The notes under the pieces were generated by a model. That model was not told where the DNA came from. It saw nothing but the letters and a program-made list of their open reading frames with translations, and did no database searches. From NCBI GenBank assembly GCA_002699515.1, contig PAAW01000001.1:1-49220 (forward strand): DNA of 49,220 bases, given 5' to 3'. Origin of the DNA: Methanobacteriota archaeon (GTDB lineage: Archaea > Thermoplasmatota > Poseidoniia > Poseidoniales > Poseidoniaceae). The number at the start of each line of letters is the position of its first letter. Position 1 is the stretch's first letter. The position numbers and the translations under genes are program-made. Positions 10,766-20,833 of the stretch are shown piece after piece.

Positions 10766-13700
10766 ATGCGTCGCAAGCAAACAACTCTTATTGTAACTTC
10801 AATAATGGTATTTTTATTGTTGACAATGTCTCAATTGCCATCAATTCAATCAGTTCAAAATGTTCACCCTGAAGATGCTAATCAAGGGCCACCTCCAGTT
10901 ACAGATACAGATCGTGATGGAATACCTGATGTATGGGAACAACAATTTGGCGATTCCTGGGATGCAATTTCAGTAGATGGGCGTCAAAAAACGATTCAAG
11001 GGATGGATTATACTAATGGTTCAGACGGTGAATATGATCCTGATAGTTCATCTGGATTAGATTTAGATATGGATAATGATGGATTACAAAATGTAGAAGA
11101 ATATTGTTGGCCTTATATCGTTGTAGATTGTTTTACAAATAGAACTGGTTTAACAGGAGAAGATCCATTAGACCCTGAAGGCGGTTTTAGACTTTATCTG
11201 GATCCAACAAGTTCAGATACGGATGGAGATGGAATGCCAGATGGGTATGAAGTGCAAATGTGTATGGAAAACGCAGGAGGAATGATTGAAGGTAGATGGT
11301 CCTGTCCTCTTTTCGACCCCTTAAATGGTTCAGATGGTGCTGAAGACTACGATGAAGATGGATTTGATATCGATAGGGATGGCACAATAGAATCAAATGA
11401 ATATTACAATAATTCAGCTGAATATAATTATGGTATCCCAATGGAATGGATGACAGAAATTGATGGATTATGGTATGACAAGATGGAAGAAGATATTGAT
11501 GAGAGGTATAATTCAAGATGGAGAGGGACGGATCCATTAAATCCAGATGGAGATTTCTTTAGGTGGTCTGAAATTGGAGGACTTGAATATTCTCCAGGAG
11601 GAGACGAAATACCAGATGGTTGGGAAGTATATTTCGGATTAGATCCACACAATAAGAAAGACAATCTTGAAGATTCAGATTCAGATGGTTGGGATTTAAC
11701 AAATAATGGAGAAGTAACGCGAGACTTAACAACCGACATAGTCAATACTTGTTTCTCAGAAGGATTAATTGAATGTGGCGGAGAAGCATTTAGTAATTTA
11801 GAAGAATATTTAGTTTCAGAAGATAGTGGAGATTCAATTAGAGGTGGATTAAAAACAGTACTTGACGGCTCATTAAAAGATACACTTACTCTTTATGATA
11901 AAACAACCGAAATTAAAATTTCAAATCATGATGTAAGAAAATTAGATACATTTGAAGATGGAGAAAACTCACTTGTATATGTTGGTACCAAAGTAGGTTT
12001 ATCTGTATTCAATATGGATGAAATGACAGTAGAGGATTTATTGCTACCTAATGGAGTAGAAATGAATGATATGGTTCTAGTACAGAATGAATTTGGCCGA
12101 GGTGCAGTAATAATGGCAACTACTGATGGAATATATAGCATGCATTTAGATAAAGAAGGAGTCCTAAATGGAGAAATAGATCATTTTGATCTAGGTGAAA
12201 TGTATGTAGTAAACACCCTAATTGATTCTGGAGGAGATCAAAGATTAATCACACTTGGTTTAGATACAGGCTATGTTTTTGAAATTAAAAATTCTGGTGA
12301 ATTAAAAGAAGGCTCAGAAGATGCTTTAGATAACAGTTTATTTGATGAATTAAGTTTTATTTCCGCAACACCTTCTTCACTAGTTCATGTTTCAGTAAAT
12401 GGGCAACCAACCTTATATTTAGGGACTGATAAAGGATTAATAAAAACTGAAACTTCTAACGGAATGGGTGTATTAAATTTAGAATGGATGTTTGATCAGT
12501 ACAATACAAATAATTTGAGAAATTTAACATATGAACACGAATTAAATTTATTTGAAGTAAGAACGATTGTGCCAGACAATACAGGAGGAAATGAAGTAAC
12601 ACATTTATGGATAGGTACAGGTTCTGGAATTCATTTACTCACATTAAGTAATAATCAATTATCACATAGCGGTTCATTAGAACACACACTTAATGAAAAA
12701 ATGAATGACGTACATTCAATATTACCTTTAGACAATAATGTATTAGTTGGCTCGCAAGGAGGATCATGGAAATTGGTAGGTGGTGCTTTGGCATCCTTTA
12801 ATCAAGGAGTTCAGGAATCAATTACTGGAAGAGTAGTTTCATTAGCAGAATTAAATGTGAATGGGACAGATTACCTTCTTGGTGCAGTAGACCCTGGTCG
12901 TTTTTCGAATATTGCATTAATAGACCCCGGAAATAACGATTCCGACTTTGATGGAATTCCAGATGGATGGGAATATGCATACGCATTAGATCCTACAGAT
13001 CCAACAGATGCGTTGTTAGATCCAGATGCAGATGGACTTAATTTAGATGGTGAACAAAATTCATTTTTCGAACAAGATTGGAATAATTTAGATGAGTTTA
13101 GGTATCAACCAACAACTGATTCAGGATACCCAGGTACAGATCCAAGAGATCCTGATACAGATGGAGACGGTATCAATGATGGAATGGAATTTTTTGGATT
13201 TTATTACGGACTTACTGAATTTGATTGCCACTATATTGTAGAACATGAGTATGTTTGTGATGCAAATAATGGTGCAGCAGATTCATATTTGTTGACAGGA
13301 GGTTCAGATTCGCCATTAGATGCAACCAATAATGATACAGATGGAGATGGAATGCCAGATGGTTGGGAGATTGAAAACCGTAGATGGGTAGGTACTACAT
13401 ACACAGGTGGGAATAACTGGTCCTTAGATCCATTAAGGGCCGATGATGCATTATGGGATGCAGATGGAGATGGATTAAGCAACATTTGTGAATTTGCTTG
13501 GGGTCAGATTTATTTGGAGGCGTTATCAGGTAATTTATTTGAATCACATGGAGAATCTGCTGAAGCTGTAGAGTTACAATGGAGTACTTTAGATCCCAAC
13601 AATGTAGATAGTGATGGAGATACATTACCAGATGGTTGGGAGGCGCTGGATAATAATCCAAATGACCCTGATGGAAATTCATGTTATTGGACAAGTGATG

Positions 13701-16474
13701 TAAAAGGTATAAATCCATTAAATGGAAGTGATGCTATTGGAAATCCAGATGGAGATGGTTATGATGCCAATCATAATGGGATATTAGAGCCAAATGAGGA
13801 GTTTAATAATTATCTTGAGTATCATATCAAAGACACATCCTTTTTTAATGAAAATGATAGTGCGACATCAACACTTCCATTTGGAATTTTCACTCAATTA
13901 TGGCAAAATACACATGATTCCTATGATCCAGTATTTACATTTGGAGAATTAGCAAGTCCAACCTTATTAAATTCACAGAATGAACAAGATAAAGGTTCAG
14001 CAAACCCAATTTCACCAGATTCAGATAATGATGGGATGCCAGATGGTTGGGAGATTTGGCATGCTAGATGGGACATCGTAGGGAATAAATGGAGTTTGAA
14101 CCCATTAACTGAAGGTGACAAATATAGTGATGCAGATTCAGATGGTTATTCCAATTGGGAGGAATATAATTCGATAAACCCAGAATATAATGAGATTCAT
14201 TTGCAATTTTCTCCTAAATATTACATTAAGCAATCGAATACAGTAAGCGGCTTTGACACTCAAGTATGGGGAAGAATCACTACAAATTTGAGTTTTGGTT
14301 CATTTGTAGATGCAGATATCTTGGAGAATAGTGGTATGAGTTGTGATCCAAATAATCCCGATACTGATGGTGATGGAATGCTTGATGGTTTAGAGATGCT
14401 TCTAACTGATTGGGATTCAACAGATGGTATCTGGACACTAAATCCATTAGTTGCGGGTGATGGAGATTATGATTCAGATAATGACGGATTAACTGATCGT
14501 CAAGAGTTGTCTTTGGCAGATGGCTTGCCTGAAAATGGAGTCTCGCATCCCCCTGATGCACCAATATTTTACCTAGACGCAGAAGAACAAATGTCAGGAA
14601 CGGAATATTCCCGTGTAGGAAATATACTTAACAATACAGAAAATAGAGCAACATTAGTCAAATTAGATTTAATTGATTGGCAAACAGGAGACCCACCAAC
14701 TTTGATTTTAGAAACACTACGTTCAATCACAGATCCAACACATAATGATACAGATAGGGATGAGATGTTAGATGGATATGAATATTGGTTTACTGAATGG
14801 GACTTAGAAGAAAATCGCTGGTCGATGAATCCATTAATTAGTAATGATATCTATCTTGATCTTGATGACGATTCATATGATTGTGATGGAGATGGTGAAA
14901 TTGCAGTTTACGAGGTCTATTCAAATTTAAGAGAATGGCAAGCAAGAACATATGGTAAAGAAGCTGAAAGATATAACATCCCCTTGGAATTAGGGTTTTA
15001 TGATTTCGCTACAGATGCAACAAAAGCACTTTCAGAAGAAGAAGGACTTAATGACGAGCAAGCAAATAATAGATTATATGAATTATTTTCTGGAAAGTTA
15101 CATGATGGTTTCCCTGTAACACAAGATAGATTAGAAAAAATTAATGAATTAAATGAAAATAATTTCAATAATAGTTTAATTGGAATTTCAGATCCGACTC
15201 ATCCAGATTCAGACAGTGATGGAATGCCAGATGGGTGGGAATATTGTTATGCGACTTATATTTCAGAACCGATTCAAGTTTCAAGAGATAATAATATCTT
15301 TACAGTGGATGGAAGATGGGGATTAAATCCATTAAACCCGTTAGATGGGGATTATGATATTGATGAAGATGGTTGGTACGACCGTTCTGTAGTAGATACA
15401 CCAGCCTCACAAGGTAATTGGAATAATCATATCTTTTCTATCTCTGGTGGCCAATATGGGTTGGATAATATTGCAATACCATTTACAAATAGTATGGAGT
15501 TTGATAATGGTACATATCCACATTTGAATGATAGTGATGATGATAGTCAAATGAAAATTAGAGAAGGGACTGAGTCATTCACATTAAATTATTATCAAGA
15601 TGGAAGCCTTTCAGACGGAAGAGAGATACTAAAATATGGTACAAATCCATTAGACAATGATACTGATTGGGATATGTTGCCTGATTGGTATGAATATGCA
15701 TTGGCTTGGAACGAATCATTAGATAATTTTTCAAGCCAAAGATATATTTCCGTAGAGTGGGTTGATGTAGGTGCAGAAGAGAGTATTCAGAAAAAGCCAT
15801 TAAAAATTGAAGGAATTAATATTATGAGGCCTGATTTATCATTAACATGGTTTACTTTAGATCCTAGAGATCCAACAGATGCACTGCTAGATCCAGATAA
15901 TGATGGAGATTGGGATTGTAGTGGTGTTGTTTGCGAATATAATGAGTATTCAAATTTCCAAGAATTTTATGCAATTACAGATGACACATATCGTTCTGCA
16001 ACTCTAGTAAGATCTCTTGATTTACAATGGGATGGTATTGAAATTACAGAGTGGTGGCAATTTAGAAAATGGTTATTGCATTTAGGCGAAGATGACGAAA
16101 TGGATAAAAATTATTTGAAGATTAATAAAAGAGACAGTCAAGATTTGATGTATGCAAAGGTTATTCAGGATAATGATGAAGATTTCTTTGTAATGGACGC
16201 TGCAGATGATATTTCTATCTGTAGAGGCGATTGGACAGATAGTTATGGTCTAGTTTCAAGCTCAACGGTCTTACCAGACATTGGAAGAGGCCAATATCCA
16301 TTTGGTTGGTGGGTTTTGGATATCGATGGTGATTTTACAGCAGAAGGTACAGATCCAACTAATTGGGATACAGATGGAGATTGGATGGTTGATTGGTATG
16401 AAGTTCATAATGATGAAAATGATGGAGTAAGAGGGGACATTTCTGCAATAAGATATGATGACCGCACATTATGA
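10766..16474 (+). CDS. Very large secreted acidic protein with about 13-14 Ca-binding DxDxDGxPDGWE repeats and a central beta-propeller
   Basis: Signal/TM after MRRKQ; repeated D(T/S)DGDG(M/I)PDG(W/Y)E...(L/T)(D/N)P units (thrombospondin type 3-like); propeller-like blades VYVGT, IMATT, LYLGT, LWIGT, VLVGS at about 11890-12900. Confidence 0.8.
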   Translation: MRRKQTTLIVTSIMVFLLLTMSQLPSIQSVQNVHPEDANQGPPPVTDTDRDGIPDVWEQQFGDSWDAISVDGRQKTIQGMDYTNGSDGEYDPDSSSGLDLDMDNDGLQNVEEYCWPYIVVDCFTNRTGLTGEDPLDPEGGFRLYLDPTSSDTDGDGMPDGYEVQMCMENAGGMIEGRWSCPLFDPLNGSDGAEDYDEDGFDIDRDGTIESNEYYNNSAEYNYGIPMEWMTEIDGLWYDKMEEDIDERYNSRWRGTDPLNPDGDFFRWSEIGGLEYSPGGDEIPDGWEVYFGLDPHNKKDNLEDSDSDGWDLTNNGEVTRDLTTDIVNTCFSEGLIECGGEAFSNLEEYLVSEDSGDSIRGGLKTVLDGSLKDTLTLYDKTTEIKISNHDVRKLDTFEDGENSLVYVGTKVGLSVFNMDEMTVEDLLLPNGVEMNDMVLVQNEFGRGAVIMATTDGIYSMHLDKEGVLNGEIDHFDLGEMYVVNTLIDSGGDQRLITLGLDTGYVFEIKNSGELKEGSEDALDNSLFDELSFISATPSSLVHVSVNGQPTLYLGTDKGLIKTETSNGMGVLNLEWMFDQYNTNNLRNLTYEHELNLFEVRTIVPDNTGGNEVTHLWIGTGSGIHLLTLSNNQLSHSGSLEHTLNEKMNDVHSILPLDNNVLVGSQGGSWKLVGGALASFNQGVQESITGRVVSLAELNVNGTDYLLGAVDPGRFSNIALIDPGNNDSDFDGIPDGWEYAYALDPTDPTDALLDPDADGLNLDGEQNSFFEQDWNNLDEFRYQPTTDSGYPGTDPRDPDTDGDGINDGMEFFGFYYGLTEFDCHYIVEHEYVCDANNGAADSYLLTGGSDSPLDATNNDTDGDGMPDGWEIENRRWVGTTYTGGNNWSLDPLRADDALWDADGDGLSNICEFAWGQIYLEALSGNLFESHGESAEAVELQWSTLDPNNVDSDGDTLPDGWEALDNNPNDPDGNSCYWTSDVKGINPLNGSDAIGNPDGDGYDANHNGILEPNEEFNNYLEYHIKDTSFFNENDSATSTLPFGIFTQLWQNTHDSYDPVFTFGELASPTLLNSQNEQDKGSANPISPDSDNDGMPDGWEIWHARWDIVGNKWSLNPLTEGDKYSDADSDGYSNWEEYNSINPEYNEIHLQFSPKYYIKQSNTVSGFDTQVWGRITTNLSFGSFVDADILENSGMSCDPNNPDTDGDGMLDGLEMLLTDWDSTDGIWTLNPLVAGDGDYDSDNDGLTDRQELSLADGLPENGVSHPPDAPIFYLDAEEQMSGTEYSRVGNILNNTENRATLVKLDLIDWQTGDPPTLILETLRSITDPTHNDTDRDEMLDGYEYWFTEWDLEENRWSMNPLISNDIYLDLDDDSYDCDGDGEIAVYEVYSNLREWQARTYGKEAERYNIPLELGFYDFATDATKALSEEEGLNDEQANNRLYELFSGKLHDGFPVTQDRLEKINELNENNFNNSLIGISDPTHPDSDSDGMPDGWEYCYATYISEPIQVSRDNNIFTVDGRWGLNPLNPLDGDYDIDEDGWYDRSVVDTPASQGNWNNHIFSISGGQYGLDNIAIPFTNSMEFDNGTYPHLNDSDDDSQMKIREGTESFTLNYYQDGSLSDGREILKYGTNPLDNDTDWDMLPDWYEYALAWNESLDNFSSQRYISVEWVDVGAEESIQKKPLKIEGINIMRPDLSLTWFTLDPRDPTDALLDPDNDGDWDCSGVVCEYNEYSNFQEFYAITDDTYRSATLVRSLDLQWDGIEITEWWQFRKWLLHLGEDDEMDKNYLKINKRDSQDLMYAKVIQDNDEDFFVMDAADDISICRGDWTDSYGLVSSSTVLPDIGRGQYPFGWWVLDIDGDFTAEGTDPTNWDTDGDWMVDWYEVHNDENDGVRGDISAIRYDDRTL

Positions 16475-16483
16475 TGTGGTAGT

Positions 16484-16936
16484 ATGGATATGGAAACAAA
16501 TCCTAATGAAAAGATGCTATTTTTACATGAAAACATTGTAAATTTAGTTAATCAGTTGAGTATGCCTTTGGTTGAAGTTAGTTTGGTTATTGCAAAGTTT
16601 ACAAATATGCTAAGTGAGAAATTAATAGAGATTGCAAAATCTAATGATGAGATATTACCTAGAAAATATATTCAACCGTGGCCTTTAGAATTAGAAAATT
16701 CTGAGCAGGAAATTAATGCATCAATTAATTTAGAGAAAATCATAGATATTTTAGATGAAGATAGAATTGATATTCTTGATACGCTGATTAGAACGTCAAT
16801 AAATCAAAAAGAGGTGCCTTTAGCAGATTCATTGTTAGTTCTTAGAAGTTGGGAGAAATTAGTAAGAACTCAACTTTCAAATTCAACATCGCCAGGGCAA
16901 CTATTTTCAACTGTTGAAATTCCAGATGATTTTTGA
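16484..16936 (+). CDS. Hypothetical helical protein with an internal two-fold repeat
   Basis: 150-aa ORF 9 bp after the previous stop; TTGA overlap with the next gene. Confidence 0.7.
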   Translation: MDMETNPNEKMLFLHENIVNLVNQLSMPLVEVSLVIAKFTNMLSEKLIEIAKSNDEILPRKYIQPWPLELENSEQEINASINLEKIIDILDEDRIDILDTLIRTSINQKEVPLADSLLVLRSWEKLVRTQLSNSTSPGQLFSTVEIPDDF

Positions 16937-17757
16937 GGGTGAGTTCAATGAGGGGCTATCTTAAAAATTCAAAGGCACTAACATTATTCTTAGTATTGAT
17001 CTTGTGTTCTAGTTCATTGACAGGCTGTTTTTCAAGCGAGGAAGTATTACCTGAAAAATATGGAATTCCTGGAGGTTTAGTGCTTGCATGTTTAAATTCA
17101 AGTCAATTTAATGAGATTATTATTGAAGTTGATTATGAATCTGATCAAAAACCAAGGCCTGAAACATTAGAAATGTTAGTGGATAGGATAAGTAGTGTTT
17201 GTGAAAAACAAAGTGTGACTTATGAACTATTCTTAACAGATTTTGAACATGAAGGCAAGTGGACAAATGAAGAAATTAGACTTGTTGGGAGGGAAACAAG
17301 GGATGCAGATGCGATGAATGGTAACCAACTTAGATTTCATTTTATGTTTCCTAGTGGAAAGCATACAAATGAAAATGTTCTCGGTGTTGCTGTAGATGCT
17401 TCAACTGTAATGATATTTGTAGACAACATTAAAGAATCTGAAAATTTAATTCAAAGACCTAGTTGGGAAAATATAGAGGCATCAGTAACAGTACATGAAT
17501 TAGGTCATTTACTTGGGTTAGTGAATCTTGTATATCAATCAAATGTGGATCATGAAGATCCTGATCATCCTGGGCATAGTTCTAATGACCAATCAGTAAT
17601 GTATTGGGCTATTGAAACAAGTGATGTTTCAAATATTCTTTTTGGAACGCTTCCAAATGAATTTGATTCTGATGATTTAAGTGATTTATCGAATTTAAAG
17701 AATTCACAAATACAAGCCTTTGACCAATTATGGTACCCTGAAGAATATTTATATTGA
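16933..17757 (+). CDS. Zinc metalloprotease (zincin/metzincin-like) lipoprotein
   Basis: Lipobox LTGC after a hydrophobic stretch; HELGHLLGL zinc motif; downstream HPGHS...SVMY Met-turn. Alternative start is ATG 16948. Confidence 0.8.
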   Translation: MRVSSMRGYLKNSKALTLFLVLILCSSSLTGCFSSEEVLPEKYGIPGGLVLACLNSSQFNEIIIEVDYESDQKPRPETLEMLVDRISSVCEKQSVTYELFLTDFEHEGKWTNEEIRLVGRETRDADAMNGNQLRFHFMFPSGKHTNENVLGVAVDASTVMIFVDNIKESENLIQRPSWENIEASVTVHELGHLLGLVNLVYQSNVDHEDPDHPGHSSNDQSVMYWAIETSDVSNILFGTLPNEFDSDDLSDLSNLKNSQIQAFDQLWYPEEYLY

Positions 17758-18087
17758 ATTACTGTTAATTTTGTTTAAAACAAATTTTTGTGCTTCATTC
17801 CATGCATCAAAGATAGACCATAAATACAAACCAATCCAAAGGATTCCTGTTAATGCTAGAGGAAGTTGTAGAAGAGTGAAATCAAAACCTTTCTGATGAG
17901 ATCTATTGAAATGTTGTCCAAGGAATAAAAATGGCACTAATGAAATGATAATTGCTATAATTGGCTGTAATGATCCCCAAAAACCAACTCCTGAAGTCAT
18001 TTGTGCAAAAATAACTCTAAACAAATTACCTTTTTTTGAATCTTCAATTTCACTAGGAATTTGTACAATAATCTCAGACTCGCTCAT
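17749..18087 (-). CDS. Small membrane protein, unknown function
   Basis: 112 aa with two hydrophobic segments, ending GLYLWSIFDAW. Confidence 0.65.
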   Translation of the reverse strand: MSESEIIVQIPSEIEDSKKGNLFRVIFAQMTSGVGFWGSLQPIIAIIISLVPFLFLGQHFNRSHQKGFDFTLLQLPLALTGILWIGLYLWSIFDAWNEAQKFVLNKINSNSI

Positions 18088-18193
18088 CTTGTTCAGTATG
18101 TCTAATTAATTACACATTGTCAAGTTTTGGCTTGATTTGTTTAATATATTTTAATTCGGCAATGCTATTCACTAGATGCATAACCGTTGTTCT

Positions 18194-19180
18194 ATGAGGA
18201 AGGCTCGTGTACTATTGACAGGGTTCGAACCTTTCGACGGTGCTTCATATAATATTTCAAATGAAGTAGTTACAGAGATAAATAAATTAGATATTAATCA
18301 ATTTGAAATTGAAACTAAAATTTTAACAGTTGACGAAAAAGGATCAAAGTATGTTAGTGAATTAATAATTGAAAAGGAATATGATTGTATAATACAATTA
18401 GGATTTAGTAATAAAGCTACAACTATTAATTTAGAAACACAAGCCATAAATAAAATTCATATGAGAATTAAAGATAACTCTGAAAGACAAATCAAAAATA
18501 AAAAAATAGATAAATTTGCTAAAAATAAATTATTGTCTACTGTTGATGTGGTAGGTTTATTCACAAAAAACTCCTCTGAAATCTCCTTATCCTCTGATGC
18601 AGGTAACTTTGTTTGTAATGAGTCATATTTTCATTCATTAAATACAATTTTCAAACAGAAATTATATGATAGGTTTGGTAGGGAATTGCCATGTCTCTTT
18701 ATTCATCTTCCATCTGATGAATATGTTCCTATCTCTAGACAAATAGAGATAATAACCAATATAATCAAACAAATAACTAATAAAAAAATTATTGATGTAG
18801 TGGCGGCAATAATTCGCAATGAGAATGGAGAAATTTTAGTTGCCAAAAGAGATTCTAATCAGCCACATCCATCAAAATGGGAATTTCCAGGAGGAAAACT
18901 TGAACCAAATGAATTGGAGAGTGATGCATTGAAAAGAGAAATTTTTGAGGAATTAAAATTAGATATAGAAATAATCTCTACTTGTTGCGAAATTACGCAT
19001 TTGTATGATGAATATTTTGTCAAATTAAAAGCCATAAATTCCAAAATAACTGCCAATTCTTCACCAATGGAATTAATTGTTCATGAGGAAATATTATGGA
19101 TGCCAATAGATGATTTAATGTCATTAGATTGGTTAGAGGCTAATTTAAAATTAGTAAACATTATTCAAAACCAATCTTGA
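18194..19180 (+). CDS. Pyroglutamyl-peptidase I (C15) fused to a MutT-like Nudix hydrolase
   Basis: VLLTGFEPF, LETQAIN (Glu), DAGNFVCN (Cys), FIHLP (His); then VVAAII, WEFPGGKLEPNE-x7-REIFEELKL Nudix box. Confidence 0.85.
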   Translation: MRKARVLLTGFEPFDGASYNISNEVVTEINKLDINQFEIETKILTVDEKGSKYVSELIIEKEYDCIIQLGFSNKATTINLETQAINKIHMRIKDNSERQIKNKKIDKFAKNKLLSTVDVVGLFTKNSSEISLSSDAGNFVCNESYFHSLNTIFKQKLYDRFGRELPCLFIHLPSDEYVPISRQIEIITNIIKQITNKKIIDVVAAIIRNENGEILVAKRDSNQPHPSKWEFPGGKLEPNELESDALKREIFEELKLDIEIISTCCEITHLYDEYFVKLKAINSKITANSSPMELIVHEEILWMPIDDLMSLDWLEANLKLVNIIQNQS

Positions 19181-19656
19181 GGGACTCCATCATTTCTCAT
19201 TTTTAAATCATCATTTACTTCTCTTGGAATTTCTTCTCTGCCTTTATGCCAAGTAATTTCTTCAATCCATGCGATTAAATTTGGTGAATTTAATGTCAAT
19301 TCAAATGTACCCCCCAATGTTTTTTCATTTGGCAATACAAATGCAATTTTTCCTGCTAATGCTGCCTGTCTTGAAATTTCAAATATTGAGCAATTGTCGA
19401 TAATGTTTTGGCTCATACAATCAAGTGCAGTATCTGCAATTTTAGTGTCATGGATTCTTTGAATGAAATATGAATAATCAATGTTATTAATTTCAATAGT
19501 TCCCTTTTCTTTAACAATTGGAAAATCTTCATTTATTTTTTCATTTTTTTGAATGATAGCATTTGGAAACAATTCTTTTATTGCTAATTCTACATTTTCT
19601 TTAGAATCAACAGAATTTAACACGGCTTTAAAATCCATTGTGGCCATATCACTCAC
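19165..19656 (-). CDS. UPF0201/DUF54-like putative RNA-binding protein
   Basis: KENVELAIKELFP, KIADTA and SRQAALAGKIAF resemble the archaeal DUF54 family. Confidence 0.65.
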   Translation of the reverse strand: MSDMATMDFKAVLNSVDSKENVELAIKELFPNAIIQKNEKINEDFPIVKEKGTIEINNIDYSYFIQRIHDTKIADTALDCMSQNIIDNCSIFEISRQAALAGKIAFVLPNEKTLGGTFELTLNSPNLIAWIEEITWHKGREEIPREVNDDLKMRNDGVPQDWF

Positions 19657-19763
19657 GTCACTGCCATGAGGAATAATATAATGTAATTGCGCATTAATTA
19701 GAAATAATACCGTTATTTTTACATTAGTGATAAATTCGGTAAGATGTTAAGGGGGGGCTATAA

Positions 19764-20798
19764 ATTAGTAAATTACCATATGTTGCCACTGTGATTCCAA
19801 CTTTTCATGAAAAAGATTTCATAGAAATATGTCTCAAAAGCCTTTGTAATCAAACATATCCAGCATCAAAACATCATATCTATGTTGTAGATGGTAATTC
19901 TTTAGATGGGACGCCAGAAATAATTAATGATTTTATTTCCAAACTTGATGATGGTATGCCTAAAATAACTTTGCTAAATAATCCGAACAGATATGTTTCA
20001 CAAGCAAGAAATATTGCATTTCAAAATATTTCTGAAGATACTGAATATATTTTTGAGACTGTAGCACATGCAACATTTCCTGAAGATCATTTAGAAGTTA
20101 GGGTTGAAGAATTTATTAATCTTCAGAAAACTTCTGAAAATAAAATTGCAGCAGTTGGTACAATTCTCAAACCCCCAGAGGAAGAAATGCCTTTTATGGC
20201 AAATTTAATCGAGGCAACTTTGGCAAACCCATTGGGTAGTGGACGTGGAGCTTATGCTCAATTTAAGGGATTACAAAAAACAAGAATACCCCCATTAGCA
20301 ATTTATAGAGTGGATGCATTAAAATCGGTTGATGGTTATGATGATTCTCTGATAACAGCGCAAGATTCAGAACTTAATATGAGATTGATTAAAAATGGTT
20401 GGGAAATTTGGAGAAGCGATATTAGTTGCATTCATGTAACAAAACGTCAAACTTTTTTACAATGGTTAAGGTTTGGGCATCGTAATGGTTTTTGGAGGGT
20501 AAAGTTAGTTAGAAAACATCCTACTAGGATGCCTTTAGGAGAAATAGCTCCATGGTTTGGTTTTTTGTTAACTCTTAGTTTGTTTTTATCGGGAATTAGT
20601 CTTTGGTGGATTCCTCCTGCAATGTATCTGTTTGTAATATTCTTTGCAGGCATATTAGAGTCCTTTAGGTGGAAAAAAACATCAATGTTCATTGGTGTTC
20701 CAATACTTCTTTTCATGTTGCATACTACATTTAGCATTGGGTTTTTACATGGGTTTTTTGTAAAGGGAAAAGCACCAAAAGATAGAGTGCAAATTTAA
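19764..20798 (+). CDS. Family 2 glycosyltransferase with C-terminal TM helices; start ATT 19764 or GTG 19791
   Basis: (I)SKLPYVATVIPTFHE, VVDGNSLDGT, ARN, GYDDSLITAQDSELNMRL motifs; hydrophobic C-terminus. Confidence 0.85.
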   Translation: MSKLPYVATVIPTFHEKDFIEICLKSLCNQTYPASKHHIYVVDGNSLDGTPEIINDFISKLDDGMPKITLLNNPNRYVSQARNIAFQNISEDTEYIFETVAHATFPEDHLEVRVEEFINLQKTSENKIAAVGTILKPPEEEMPFMANLIEATLANPLGSGRGAYAQFKGLQKTRIPPLAIYRVDALKSVDGYDDSLITAQDSELNMRLIKNGWEIWRSDISCIHVTKRQTFLQWLRFGHRNGFWRVKLVRKHPTRMPLGEIAPWFGFLLTLSLFLSGISLWWIPPAMYLFVIFFAGILESFRWKKTSMFIGVPILLFMLHTTFSIGFLHGFFVKGKAPKDRVQI

Positions 20799-20833
20799 CT
20801 CCTGGTTAATAATCCAGCAGAAATTAATGAATT

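Noticed and set aside
10900-16400. Recurring GATGGAGATGGAATGCCAGATGG-like DNA repeats as CRISPR or DGR repeats
   Set aside because: Irregular spacing, synonymous variation and in-frame coding of DGDGMPDG; no cas or reverse transcriptase gene.
19744-19794. G7 tract as a phase-variation switch for the glycosyltransferase
   Set aside because: An in-frame TAA at 19761 lies after the tract, so slippage cannot join ATG 19744 to the GT2 frame; the tract fits an SD better.
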